From contig NZ_UAVH01000001.1 of NCBI RefSeq assembly GCF_900460465.1, positions 1,073,992-1,089,991 of the forward strand: a stretch of DNA of 16,000 nucleotides, given 5' to 3'. Positions 9,200-16,000 of the stretch are shown piece after piece. Made by a program: the position numbers and the translations under genes. The first letter of the stretch is position 1; each line of letters opens with the position of its first letter. This stretch comes from Yersinia pestis. GTDB lineage: Bacteria; Pseudomonadota; Gammaproteobacteria; Enterobacterales; Enterobacteriaceae. A model generated the notes under the pieces. It saw only the letters and a list, made by a program, of their open reading frames with translations. It was not told the DNA's origin and searched no databases.

Positions 9200-10722
9200 T
9201 GAACCACAGACCTGACATTGTCATGCGTGCTGAGGACATTTCAATGCGTTTTCCTGGCACATTGGCGCTCGATAGCGTCAATTACACTGTTTATCGCGGC
9301 AAAGTTAACGTCATTATTGGCGAAAACGGGGCCGGTAAATCAACGCTGATGAAAATTCTGGCCGGGGTGCAGCAGCAAACCTCCGGGCAAATTTACCTAA
9401 ACGGGCAGAAGGTCAGCATTGCCAATACTCGTGAGGCGGCAGCGCTGGGCATTGGCATGGTGCATCAGGAACTGAATTTATCGGAAAACCTCAATGTGGC
9501 GGAAAATATTTTTCTTGGCCGCGAAATCCAGCACGGCTTGAAACCGATCAATCAGGCAGCGCAGGAACGGGTTACTGAACAACTGATGGTGCGTCTTGAT
9601 CAGGTCATTTCACCACAAGAGAAGGTGTCAAACCTGAAAGTGGGCCAACAACAGTTGATTGAAATTGCCAAGGCACTGGCGGAGCAGGCCGATATCCTGA
9701 TTCTGGATGAGCCGACCTCGGCCCTCAGTAAAACGGAGGTGGATGTTCTGTTCCGTGTGATCCGTGAACTCACTCGGCAAGGGGTTTCCATCGTTTATAT
9801 TTCTCACCGATTGGAAGAGTTAATGGCGATTGGCGACTACATCACTATTTTACGCGATGGGCGCTTTCAGGCTGAAGCCGCAGTAAAAGACATTGATGTG
9901 CCGTGGATTGTGCGTGAAATGCTGGGTAGCGATCCGGTTTCCAGCTTCCTTCGTCCGGGGCGTACCTTTGGTGAACCAATGATGGAGGTGGAAGATGTCA
10001 CCCTCATCAATGAATCCGGTAATACCGTGGTTAATCATGTCTCATTGCACGTCCGGGCAGGCGAGATTGTCGGTATTTATGGCCTGATGGGGGCGGGCCG
10101 TACCGAATTGTTCGAATGTTTACTGGGCACGCAACAAAACTATCTTGGCACCGTTCGCCTCAATGGCACGGTCATGAATGCCAAAACCTCCACCGCAGAG
10201 CGTATCCGCTTTGGGATGAGCCTGGTGCCGGAAGATCGTAAAAAAGCCGGGATTTTCCCTGCTTCATCGGTCGCCTGTAATTTGACCATCTCCAGCTTAT
10301 GGCGTCGGCTGAAACACCGTTTTGCTATCTGGCAGGAGAGTGAAGTGCAAGTGGTGGCAGCGACTATCGGTGAGCTGTCGATCAAAGTTTCTTCACCTGA
10401 TGTCGAAATTCAGGCACTCAGCGGGGGCAATCAACAAAAAGTGGTCATTGGCCGCTCGTTACTGACCCGCCCGAACATTTTGCTACTGGATGAACCGACG
10501 CGTGGCATTGATGTTGGCGCAAAAGCGGATGTGTTTGAAATGATGGTGAAACTCTCTGAGCAGGGGATCGGCATTCTGTTTTCCACCTCCGACCTAAAAG
10601 AAATTATGGCGGTATCCGACCGCATTCTGGTGATGTCGAACGGCAAACTGACGGCAAATTTATCCCGTCAATCGGCCAGTGAATCGGCATTGGTTACAGC
10701 AAGCGCACAAGGGTTTGAATGA
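9199..10722 (+). CDS. Sugar ABC transporter ATP-binding protein, fused double ABC cassette (RbsA/MglA type)
   Basis: There are two Walker A motifs (GENGAGKST; GLMGAGRTE). There are two signature motifs (LKVGQQQ; LSGGNQQK) and two Walker B motifs (ILILDEPT; ILLLDEPT). Length is 507 aa. Confidence 0.93.
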   Translation: MNHRPDIVMRAEDISMRFPGTLALDSVNYTVYRGKVNVIIGENGAGKSTLMKILAGVQQQTSGQIYLNGQKVSIANTREAAALGIGMVHQELNLSENLNVAENIFLGREIQHGLKPINQAAQERVTEQLMVRLDQVISPQEKVSNLKVGQQQLIEIAKALAEQADILILDEPTSALSKTEVDVLFRVIRELTRQGVSIVYISHRLEELMAIGDYITILRDGRFQAEAAVKDIDVPWIVREMLGSDPVSSFLRPGRTFGEPMMEVEDVTLINESGNTVVNHVSLHVRAGEIVGIYGLMGAGRTELFECLLGTQQNYLGTVRLNGTVMNAKTSTAERIRFGMSLVPEDRKKAGIFPASSVACNLTISSLWRRLKHRFAIWQESEVQVVAATIGELSIKVSSPDVEIQALSGGNQQKVVIGRSLLTRPNILLLDEPTRGIDVGAKADVFEMMVKLSEQGIGILFSTSDLKEIMAVSDRILVMSNGKLTANLSRQSASESALVTASAQGFE

Positions 10723-11864
10723 TGAAAGCAACAACTGGCACGGCGTTGGCGAGTCACCTGCCCGGTGGAGCGTCATGGTCACGGGAAAATATGCTGCTGC
10801 TTCTGTTAAAGATGCGCACCTTTATTGCCCTGTTTCTGATCCTGGGTTTCTTTTCAATCATGGTCCCTGGGTTCTTAGCCACGGGGAGTTTGATCATCAT
10901 GGTGAAGCATATTGCGATTAATGCCTTCCTCGCATTAGGCATCACCTTTGTCATTATCACCGCAGGTATCGATCTCTCCATCGGCGCGACGCTGGGGCTG
11001 TGCGGCATGATTGCCGGTTGGATGATCACCCAAGGCATTGTCTTGCCGATGTTTGGCATCGCTATCTTCCCCAGTGTTTGGGTTGTGGTTCCGGTGGTGT
11101 TAGTTATCGGGGCACTCATCGGTGCGGTTAATGGCTGGATCATTACTCGCTACAACGTCGCCCCGTTTATTTGCACCCTTGGCACCATGTATGTGGTGCG
11201 AGGTGCCTCGATGTTGATCTCTGGTGGCGAAACCTTCCCCGGCTTACAAGGCAATCCGCAACTGGGGAATACCGGTTTTGACCTGCTGGGCTCGGGAACG
11301 CTACTGGGGTTGCCGATCGCCATCTGGATCATGTTCATTCTGGCGCTGGTGATTGCTTACGTTGCCCGCCGCCTTCCGTTTGGCCGCCATGTTTATGCCA
11401 TCGGGGATAACGAACGCGCTGCTGAACTTTCTGGTGTCAAAGTGCGTCAGGTGAAAGTCTGGGTTTACACCCTATCCGGCTTCTGTGCCGCGATAGCGGG
11501 GATTATCGTGTCTGCCCAATTGGTTGCCAGCCACCCGGCCAATGGCAGTGGCTTCGAAATGAATGCTATCGCCGCTGTTGTTCTGGGCGGGACATCGCTG
11601 GCAGGCGGGCGAGGGACCATTCTTGGTACGCTGATTGGCGCTTTTGTTATCGGCATCTTGGCTGATGGGCTGGTGATGATGGGCATCAGTGAATTCTGGC
11701 AAATGGTGATCAAAGGCATCGTGATTATCGTGGCCGTGATTATCGATCAGATGCAAAACCGGATGCAGCACAAGGCGGCGATTGTGTCGCAAAAAGTGAC
11801 CGCCATCCCCTCTGACGTCACCTCTCAGGCGGGAATCATCTCTCAGACGGTAAAAAGTGAGTAG
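10719..11864 (+). CDS. Sugar ABC transporter permease (RbsC/AraH-type)
   Basis: ATGA overlaps the ATPase stop (10719-10722). The protein is polytopic and hydrophobic, with the motifs TAGIDLSIGA and LGGTSLAGGRGT. Its hydrophilic N- and C-terminal tails are longer than I would expect for RbsC. Confidence 0.9.
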   Translation: MMKATTGTALASHLPGGASWSRENMLLLLLKMRTFIALFLILGFFSIMVPGFLATGSLIIMVKHIAINAFLALGITFVIITAGIDLSIGATLGLCGMIAGWMITQGIVLPMFGIAIFPSVWVVVPVVLVIGALIGAVNGWIITRYNVAPFICTLGTMYVVRGASMLISGGETFPGLQGNPQLGNTGFDLLGSGTLLGLPIAIWIMFILALVIAYVARRLPFGRHVYAIGDNERAAELSGVKVRQVKVWVYTLSGFCAAIAGIIVSAQLVASHPANGSGFEMNAIAAVVLGGTSLAGGRGTILGTLIGAFVIGILADGLVMMGISEFWQMVIKGIVIIVAVIIDQMQNRMQHKAAIVSQKVTAIPSDVTSQAGIISQTVKSE

Positions 11865-11912
11865 CGGCCAGGTCACGCGTGGATAGCGGCTAAAGGGCTG
11901 AGCGGATCGACG

Positions 11913-11962
11913 TGAAGTGAGCTGAACTGAGGTGAACTGAACTGAACTGAACTGAACTGAAT
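11913..11962. repeat. Pentanucleotide microsatellite: 5 perfect TGAAC units (11933-11957) plus 5 degenerate units (TGAAG TGAGC TGAAC TGAGG upstream, TGAAT downstream)
   Basis: Read directly: CG-TGAAG-TGAGC-TGAAC-TGAGG-TGAAC-TGAAC-TGAAC-TGAAC-TGAAC-TGAAT-C. It lies 49 nt after the permease stop. Confidence 0.95.
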
Positions 11963-12042
11963 CACAGGCCACTGCATACGGCAGTTTGAGTGTGGTGAGC
12001 CACAACGCACTGAAGACGTTATGCCGGAGGGGGGATCTCCGG
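11958..12042. repeat. Possible short or degenerate ERIC/IRU-like intergenic repeat element
   Basis: TGAATCACAGG..CATA..AGT...TGTGGTGAGCC.CAACGCAC.TGAAG...TATGCCGG..GGGGGATCTCC aligns by eye with my recollection of the ERIC consensus. That recollection is GTGAATCCCCAGGAGCTTACATAAGTAAGTGACTGGGGTGAGCG...CCAACGCAC...TTGAAGTATGACGG...GGGGATTCAC. No computed alignment was done. Confidence 0.35.
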
Positions 12043-12124
12043 ACAGGCTTGATGAAAGCTATTTTTTTAGTCTCATCGAGAATAAATATTCGGTAATGAG
12101 TAAAAATTCAAGAGAGGTAATGTC

Positions 12125-12955
12125 ATGAATCCGTATTCACTGTCAATCGATGAGCTGGTGAGAAAGGCGCGGGCGATCCGCCGCCGTATCGTCCTGCTTA
12201 ATGCGAACAGCCCCGCAGGTGGGCATACCGGTGCTGATCTTTCGCAGGTAGAGATTCTGACGGCACTCTATTTTCGTATCCTCAATTGTGCGCCGGAGAG
12301 GCTTACGGATCCGGAGCGCGATATCTATGTGCAATCTAAAGGCCATGCGGTTGGCGGCTATTATTGCTGTTTGGCCGAAGCCCGTTATTTCCCGGAAGAG
12401 TGGTTGGCGACTTATCAACGTGCCGACTCTCATCTGCCAGGCCACCCTGTAAAACACAAAACGCCAGGCATTGAACTCAATACCGGGGCTTTAGGGCACG
12501 GTTTACCGGTGGCGGTTGGTATCGCACTGGCGGCAAAACGAGCCAACAGCAAACGTCGGGTCTTTGTCCTGACAGGTGATGGCGAACTGGCCGAAGGCAG
12601 CAACTGGGAAGCAGCGTTAGTGGCTGCTCACTATCAATTAGACAATCTGGTGATCATCAACGACAAAAATAAACTGCAACTGGCAGGGACCACTAAATCA
12701 ATTATGAATACCGATCCGCTGGCAGATAAATGGCGGGCGTTTGGTCTACAAGTCACTGAATGCCGTGGGAATGACATGCAATCGGTGGTGGAAACACTGG
12801 AGACCCTACCACAAAACGGTAAACCCAATGTGGTGATCGCCAACACCGAAAAAGGTGCGGGGATCTCGTTTATTCAAGGGCGTGTGGAGTGGCACCACCG
12901 GGTGCCAAAAGGTGCTGAAATTGATCTGGCGCTGGAGGAATTAAACGATGAGTAA
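12125..12955 (+). CDS. Transketolase, N-terminal (ThDP/diphosphate-binding) subunit of a split transketolase
   Basis: GAGAGG lies 7 nt upstream. Motifs are GGHTGADLS, SKGH, LPGHP, GALGHGLPVAVG and GDGELAEGSNWEA. At 276 aa it covers only the first transketolase domain. Confidence 0.9.
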   Translation: MNPYSLSIDELVRKARAIRRRIVLLNANSPAGGHTGADLSQVEILTALYFRILNCAPERLTDPERDIYVQSKGHAVGGYYCCLAEARYFPEEWLATYQRADSHLPGHPVKHKTPGIELNTGALGHGLPVAVGIALAAKRANSKRRVFVLTGDGELAEGSNWEAALVAAHYQLDNLVIINDKNKLQLAGTTKSIMNTDPLADKWRAFGLQVTECRGNDMQSVVETLETLPQNGKPNVVIANTEKGAGISFIQGRVEWHHRVPKGAEIDLALEELNDE

Positions 12956-13892
12956 TGCAGAACATTTGGCCTCAGTGATGGTCGAGCAGTTTATCAAGGC
13001 GGTCGATAACGGCGTTGATTTGGTCCCCGTGGTTGCTGACTCGACTTCAACGGCAAAAATTGGGCCGTTTATCACACGCTTCCCTGATCGGGTGGTCAAC
13101 GTTGGGATTGCCGAACAGGCGATGGTGGGCATGGCGGTCGGCCTATCCATGGGGGGGAAAATTGCGGTGACCTGTAATGCCGCACCGTTTCTGATTTCGC
13201 GTGCTAACGAGCAGTTGAAAATTGATGTTTGTTACAACAACAGCAATGTAAAACTGTTCGGTTTGAACTCCGGTGCCAGCTACGGGCCACTGGCCAGTAC
13301 ACATCACTGTATCGATGACATCGCCATCCTACGTGGCTTCGGTAATATCGAAATCTACGCCCCTGCTGATCCCCAGGAGTGCCGTCAGATCATTGATTAT
13401 GCGTTGGCCCATCAGGGTCCGGTATATATTCGGTTGGATGGTAAAGCGTTGCCGCCACTGCATGATGAGCATTATCGATTTGCTCCCGGTCAAATTGATG
13501 TCTTGCAAGAGGGACGGGATATTGCTCTGGTCGCGATGGGATCTACAGTACATGAAGCGGTCAGCGCGGCAGCCATACTGGCAGACAACAATATTTCTGC
13601 TGCGGTGGTCAACGTTTCCTCTATCCGCCCGTGTGATACTCAGCAACTGTTCGCCATCCTCCAACAGAGTCAGCGGGTGATTACCATAGAAGAGCACAAT
13701 ATTAATGGCGGCGTGGGGAGTCTGGTCGCGGAAGTGCTGGCTGAGGCGGGGAGTGGTACTCCATTAGTGAGACTGGGTATTCCTGACGGTGGTTATGCGA
13801 TTGCCGCTGATCGGGCTGAGATGCGTGCCTATCATGGTTTTGATGCGGCAGGCATTGTGGCTCGTGCTCTGCGGTTTTGCCGAGGGGAATAA
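12948..13892 (+). CDS. Transketolase, C-terminal (pyrimidine-binding plus C-terminal domain) subunit
   Basis: There is an 8-nt overlap with the N-subunit gene. Motifs are RVVNVGIAEQAMVGMAVGLS and GPVYIRL, plus a C-terminal domain with the IEEH..GG.GS pattern. Length is 314 aa. Confidence 0.9.
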   Translation: MSNAEHLASVMVEQFIKAVDNGVDLVPVVADSTSTAKIGPFITRFPDRVVNVGIAEQAMVGMAVGLSMGGKIAVTCNAAPFLISRANEQLKIDVCYNNSNVKLFGLNSGASYGPLASTHHCIDDIAILRGFGNIEIYAPADPQECRQIIDYALAHQGPVYIRLDGKALPPLHDEHYRFAPGQIDVLQEGRDIALVAMGSTVHEAVSAAAILADNNISAAVVNVSSIRPCDTQQLFAILQQSQRVITIEEHNINGGVGSLVAEVLAEAGSGTPLVRLGIPDGGYAIAADRAEMRAYHGFDAAGIVARALRFCRGE

Positions 13893-13894
13893 CG

Positions 13895-15382
13895 ATGTCA
13901 ACGCCAATCATTCTGGCTATTGATGAAGGGACAACCAACGCCAAAGCCATTGCGGTAGATCGTGCCGGGCGAGTTCTGGCGAAAGCCTCGGTACCATTAC
14001 AACTGGAGCATCCTCAGCCCGGTTGGGCAGAACAGGATCCGCTGGCGATTTGGCTGGCGGTTTCTCAGGCGGTTGAGGGGTGCCTAAATCAATTGGCGGG
14101 CGCACAGGTGGCGGGGATTGCCATCAGTAATCAGCGTGAATCGGTACTGATTTGGGAACGGGAAACCGGCACGCCGCTCACGCCAGTCGTAAGCTGGCAG
14201 TGCCGTCGTTCAGAGGCTTTCTGTCTGGCTTTGCGCCAATTACCGGCTGCGGCGATGGTTGCGGAACGGACTGGATTGCAGATTGATCCCCTGTTTCCTG
14301 CGGCTAAAATTCATGGCATGTTGGCGCAGATCCCTCATGGCGCTGAACGTGCCGCTCACGGTGAGCTGTGTGTTGGCACGCTTGATTGCTGGCTGACCTG
14401 GCAGTTTAGCGAAGGGCAAAGTTTCTCGACTGACTTCTCTAATGCGGCCCGGACCCAGCTGTTTAATATCCATTCAGGTCAATGGGACCCCGATTTACTG
14501 GCGCTGTTTGGTATCCCAAGTCTTTGCCTGCCCGCCGTCTTACCCTCGGCATCCATCCACGGACACACCGCGCGCACCGGGATTCTCGGCCTGGAGCAGG
14601 GCGTGCCTATCGTGGCACACATTGGTGATTCGCACGCCGCGCTGTACGGGCAAGGCGGCGACCAGGCCGGTGAAATCAAAGCCACTTATGGCACCGGCTC
14701 CTCTCTGATGATGACGCTAAAACAGGCCAGTGCACCAAGCCACGGCCTAAGCACCACCATTGCCTGGCATGACGGCGAATTACGTTATGCCCTTGAAGGT
14801 AACATCACCCATACCGGCTCAGGAGTGGCATGGGTCTCGCGCATGTTAGGGATCAGTGATTTGTCACGTCTGACTGACATGGCAGAAAGCCAATCAGGTA
14901 ATCAAGGCGTCTATTTTGTACCGGCATTATCAGGACTGGGTGCGCCTTATTGGGACAGTCAGGCGCGTGGTTTGTTCTGTGGTCTGACGGATGCCACGAC
15001 ACCGGCCGTACTGGCGCGAGCGGCACTTGAATCAGTCGCTTATCAAATAGCCGATGTTTTCTTTGCGATGGAGAATGCGGCTCATCATCGCCTTGAACGG
15101 CTGCGGGTTGATGGCGGCGCGACCAGTAATCGCTGGCTGATGCAGTTTCAGGCCGATTTATTGCAGCGCACATTGATACGTAATCACACGGCAGAAGTGT
15201 CAGCACTGGGTGCCGCGTATTTGGGCGGGAAAACCCTTGGCTGGTGGCAGGATAGCCAACAACTGGCTGCGCTCCCCCGTGAAGTGGAATACATCGAACC
15301 GCGCATTCACAGTGCGGAGATGCAAGATAACTATAGCCTCTGGCAAACGGCCATCGCGCGTGCGCGTTTTCAGCCGAAATAA
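13895..15382 (+). CDS. FGGY-family carbohydrate kinase (glycerol-kinase-like subfamily), substrate unknown
   Basis: The ATG at 13895 lies 2 nt after the transketolase-C stop, with GAGGGG 7 nt upstream. Motifs are ILAIDEGTTNAKA, GWAEQDP, NQRES, GDSHAALYGQG, YGTGS and VDGGATSNRWLMQFQADLL. The track start at 13877 is a TTG inside the preceding gene. Confidence 0.9.
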   Translation: MSTPIILAIDEGTTNAKAIAVDRAGRVLAKASVPLQLEHPQPGWAEQDPLAIWLAVSQAVEGCLNQLAGAQVAGIAISNQRESVLIWERETGTPLTPVVSWQCRRSEAFCLALRQLPAAAMVAERTGLQIDPLFPAAKIHGMLAQIPHGAERAAHGELCVGTLDCWLTWQFSEGQSFSTDFSNAARTQLFNIHSGQWDPDLLALFGIPSLCLPAVLPSASIHGHTARTGILGLEQGVPIVAHIGDSHAALYGQGGDQAGEIKATYGTGSSLMMTLKQASAPSHGLSTTIAWHDGELRYALEGNITHTGSGVAWVSRMLGISDLSRLTDMAESQSGNQGVYFVPALSGLGAPYWDSQARGLFCGLTDATTPAVLARAALESVAYQIADVFFAMENAAHHRLERLRVDGGATSNRWLMQFQADLLQRTLIRNHTAEVSALGAAYLGGKTLGWWQDSQQLAALPREVEYIEPRIHSAEMQDNYSLWQTAIARARFQPK

Positions 15383-15402
15383 CCCACACTAGGAGTAAGC
15401 AT

Positions 15403-16000
15403 ATGTCAGCAATACCTCGCAAGTTAATTTTTGCGGTGATTATCGGCAATCGGGGTTTCTTCCCAAGCTATCTGGTGAGCGACGCGCGCCGGGATGCTCA
15501 GGCGCTCTTTGACCGGCTGGGGATTAACATCATTATGCTTAATGAAGAGCAAACGCCACTGGGAGGTGTGGAAAATTGGCATGATGCCAAGGTGTGCGCT
15601 GAATTATTCCGTCAACACAGTGAAGAGATCCACGGTGTGGTTGTTATTCTGCCCAATTTTGGCGATGAGAAAAGTGTCTCTGATGCGATCCGTTTATCTG
15701 GCCTGAAAGTGCCGGTCCTGGTGCAGGCAGAAGAAGATGCGCTGGATAAAATGGGGCTGGCAACCCGCCGTGACAGTTTCTGCGGCAAGATTTCATTGTG
15801 TAATAACCTACGCCAATACGGCATTCCTTTCACCTTGACCAAACAGCATGTCTGTAGCCTGAACAGTGAGATATTCAGCCGCGATGTCGAGCAATTTGTG
15901 CAGTTGTGTCGTGTCGTACATGCCATGAAACGGGTACGGGTTGGGGCTATTGGTGCCCGTCCGACCAATTTTAATACTGTACGCTACAGTGAGAAGTTAT
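15403..16000 (+). CDS. L-fucose/D-arabinose isomerase-like (FucI family, short form) protein, N-terminal 199 codons; continues beyond the window
   Basis: It is not in the ORF track because no stop is reached. AGGAG (15391-15395) lies 7 nt before the ATG at 15403. The frame is open to the window end: MSAIPRKLIFAVIIGNRGFFPSYLVSDARRDAQALFDRLGINIIML...VILPNFGDEKS...RRDSFCGKISLCNNLRQYGIPF...VRVGAIGARPTNFNTVRYSEKL. The N-terminal layout (IGxRGFFP ... NFGDE ... RDSFCGK ... GARP) is what I associate with COG2407-type FucI-like isomerases. The family call is from memory. Confidence 0.7.
   Translation, partial: MSAIPRKLIFAVIIGNRGFFPSYLVSDARRDAQALFDRLGINIIMLNEEQTPLGGVENWHDAKVCAELFRQHSEEIHGVVVILPNFGDEKSVSDAIRLSGLKVPVLVQAEEDALDKMGLATRRDSFCGKISLCNNLRQYGIPFTLTKQHVCSLNSEIFSRDVEQFVQLCRVVHAMKRVRVGAIGARPTNFNTVRYSEKL

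Noticed and set aside
8570-9207. Minus-strand ORFs 8570-9043 and 8716-9207, and plus-strand 8628-8810
   Set aside because: They overlap the lipoprotein gene, which has a strong SD, a lipobox and translational coupling to the ATPase. The alternatives have no start context and no recognisable features.
11472-12005. 177-aa minus-strand ORF reading through the microsatellite (SVQFSSVQFTSVQL...)
   Set aside because: It is open only because GTTCA repeats contain no stop codons. The rest is antisense to the permease gene, with an Arg/His/Asp-rich shadow-frame composition.
12024-12042. Hairpin CCGGAG-GGGGGAT-CTCCGG upstream of the transketolase genes as a terminator
   Set aside because: It has a 6-bp stem, a 7-nt loop and no adjacent T-run (the T7 tract starts about 20 nt later). 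It more likely belongs to the ERIC-like element's degenerate right end.
14853-15968. ORFs 14853-15449 (-), 15210-15392 (+), 15494-15706 (+) and 15612-15968 (-)
   Set aside because: They are antisense or out of frame with respect to the FGGY kinase and the unlisted isomerase ORF (15403 onward). Both of those have SDs and family motifs.

Overview
This is an enterobacterial chromosomal segment, most probably Yersinia. A secreted catalase-peroxidase followed by cytochrome b562 and cytochrome b561 matches what I remember of the Y. pestis / Y. pseudotuberculosis katY-cybC-cybB locus. There are three blocks. (1) 1-3404 (+): the 3' two-thirds of dmsA, then dmsB, dmsC and a linked dmsD chaperone (anaerobic DMSO reductase). 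(2) 3661-7012 (-): a visibly AT-richer katY-cybC-cybB block, convergent with dmsD. (3) 7548-16000 (+): one long co-directional sugar-utilisation locus. It holds a CUT2-type ABC importer (binding protein, an extra lipoprotein, fused double ATPase, permease), a 260-bp spacer, a split transketolase (N and C subunits), an FGGY kinase, and the 5' part of a FucI-like isomerase. That isomerase gene runs off the window and is absent from the supplied ORF track. I recognise no rRNA, tRNA, CRISPR, IS element, integrase, phage or defence gene. Two things deserve a second look. The first is the unassigned isomerase-kinase-transketolase pathway with its lipoprotein-containing transporter and no regulator in view. 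The second is an unusual density of short tandem repeats (units of 14, 15, 20, 16 and 5 bp). These include an in-frame 15-nt repeat in the 5' end of dmsD and a (TGAAC)n tract at the edge of an ERIC-like element inside the sugar locus. All functional calls rest on motifs and on my memory of homologous proteins; no search was run. I see no clear undescribed defence-type or mobile system here.
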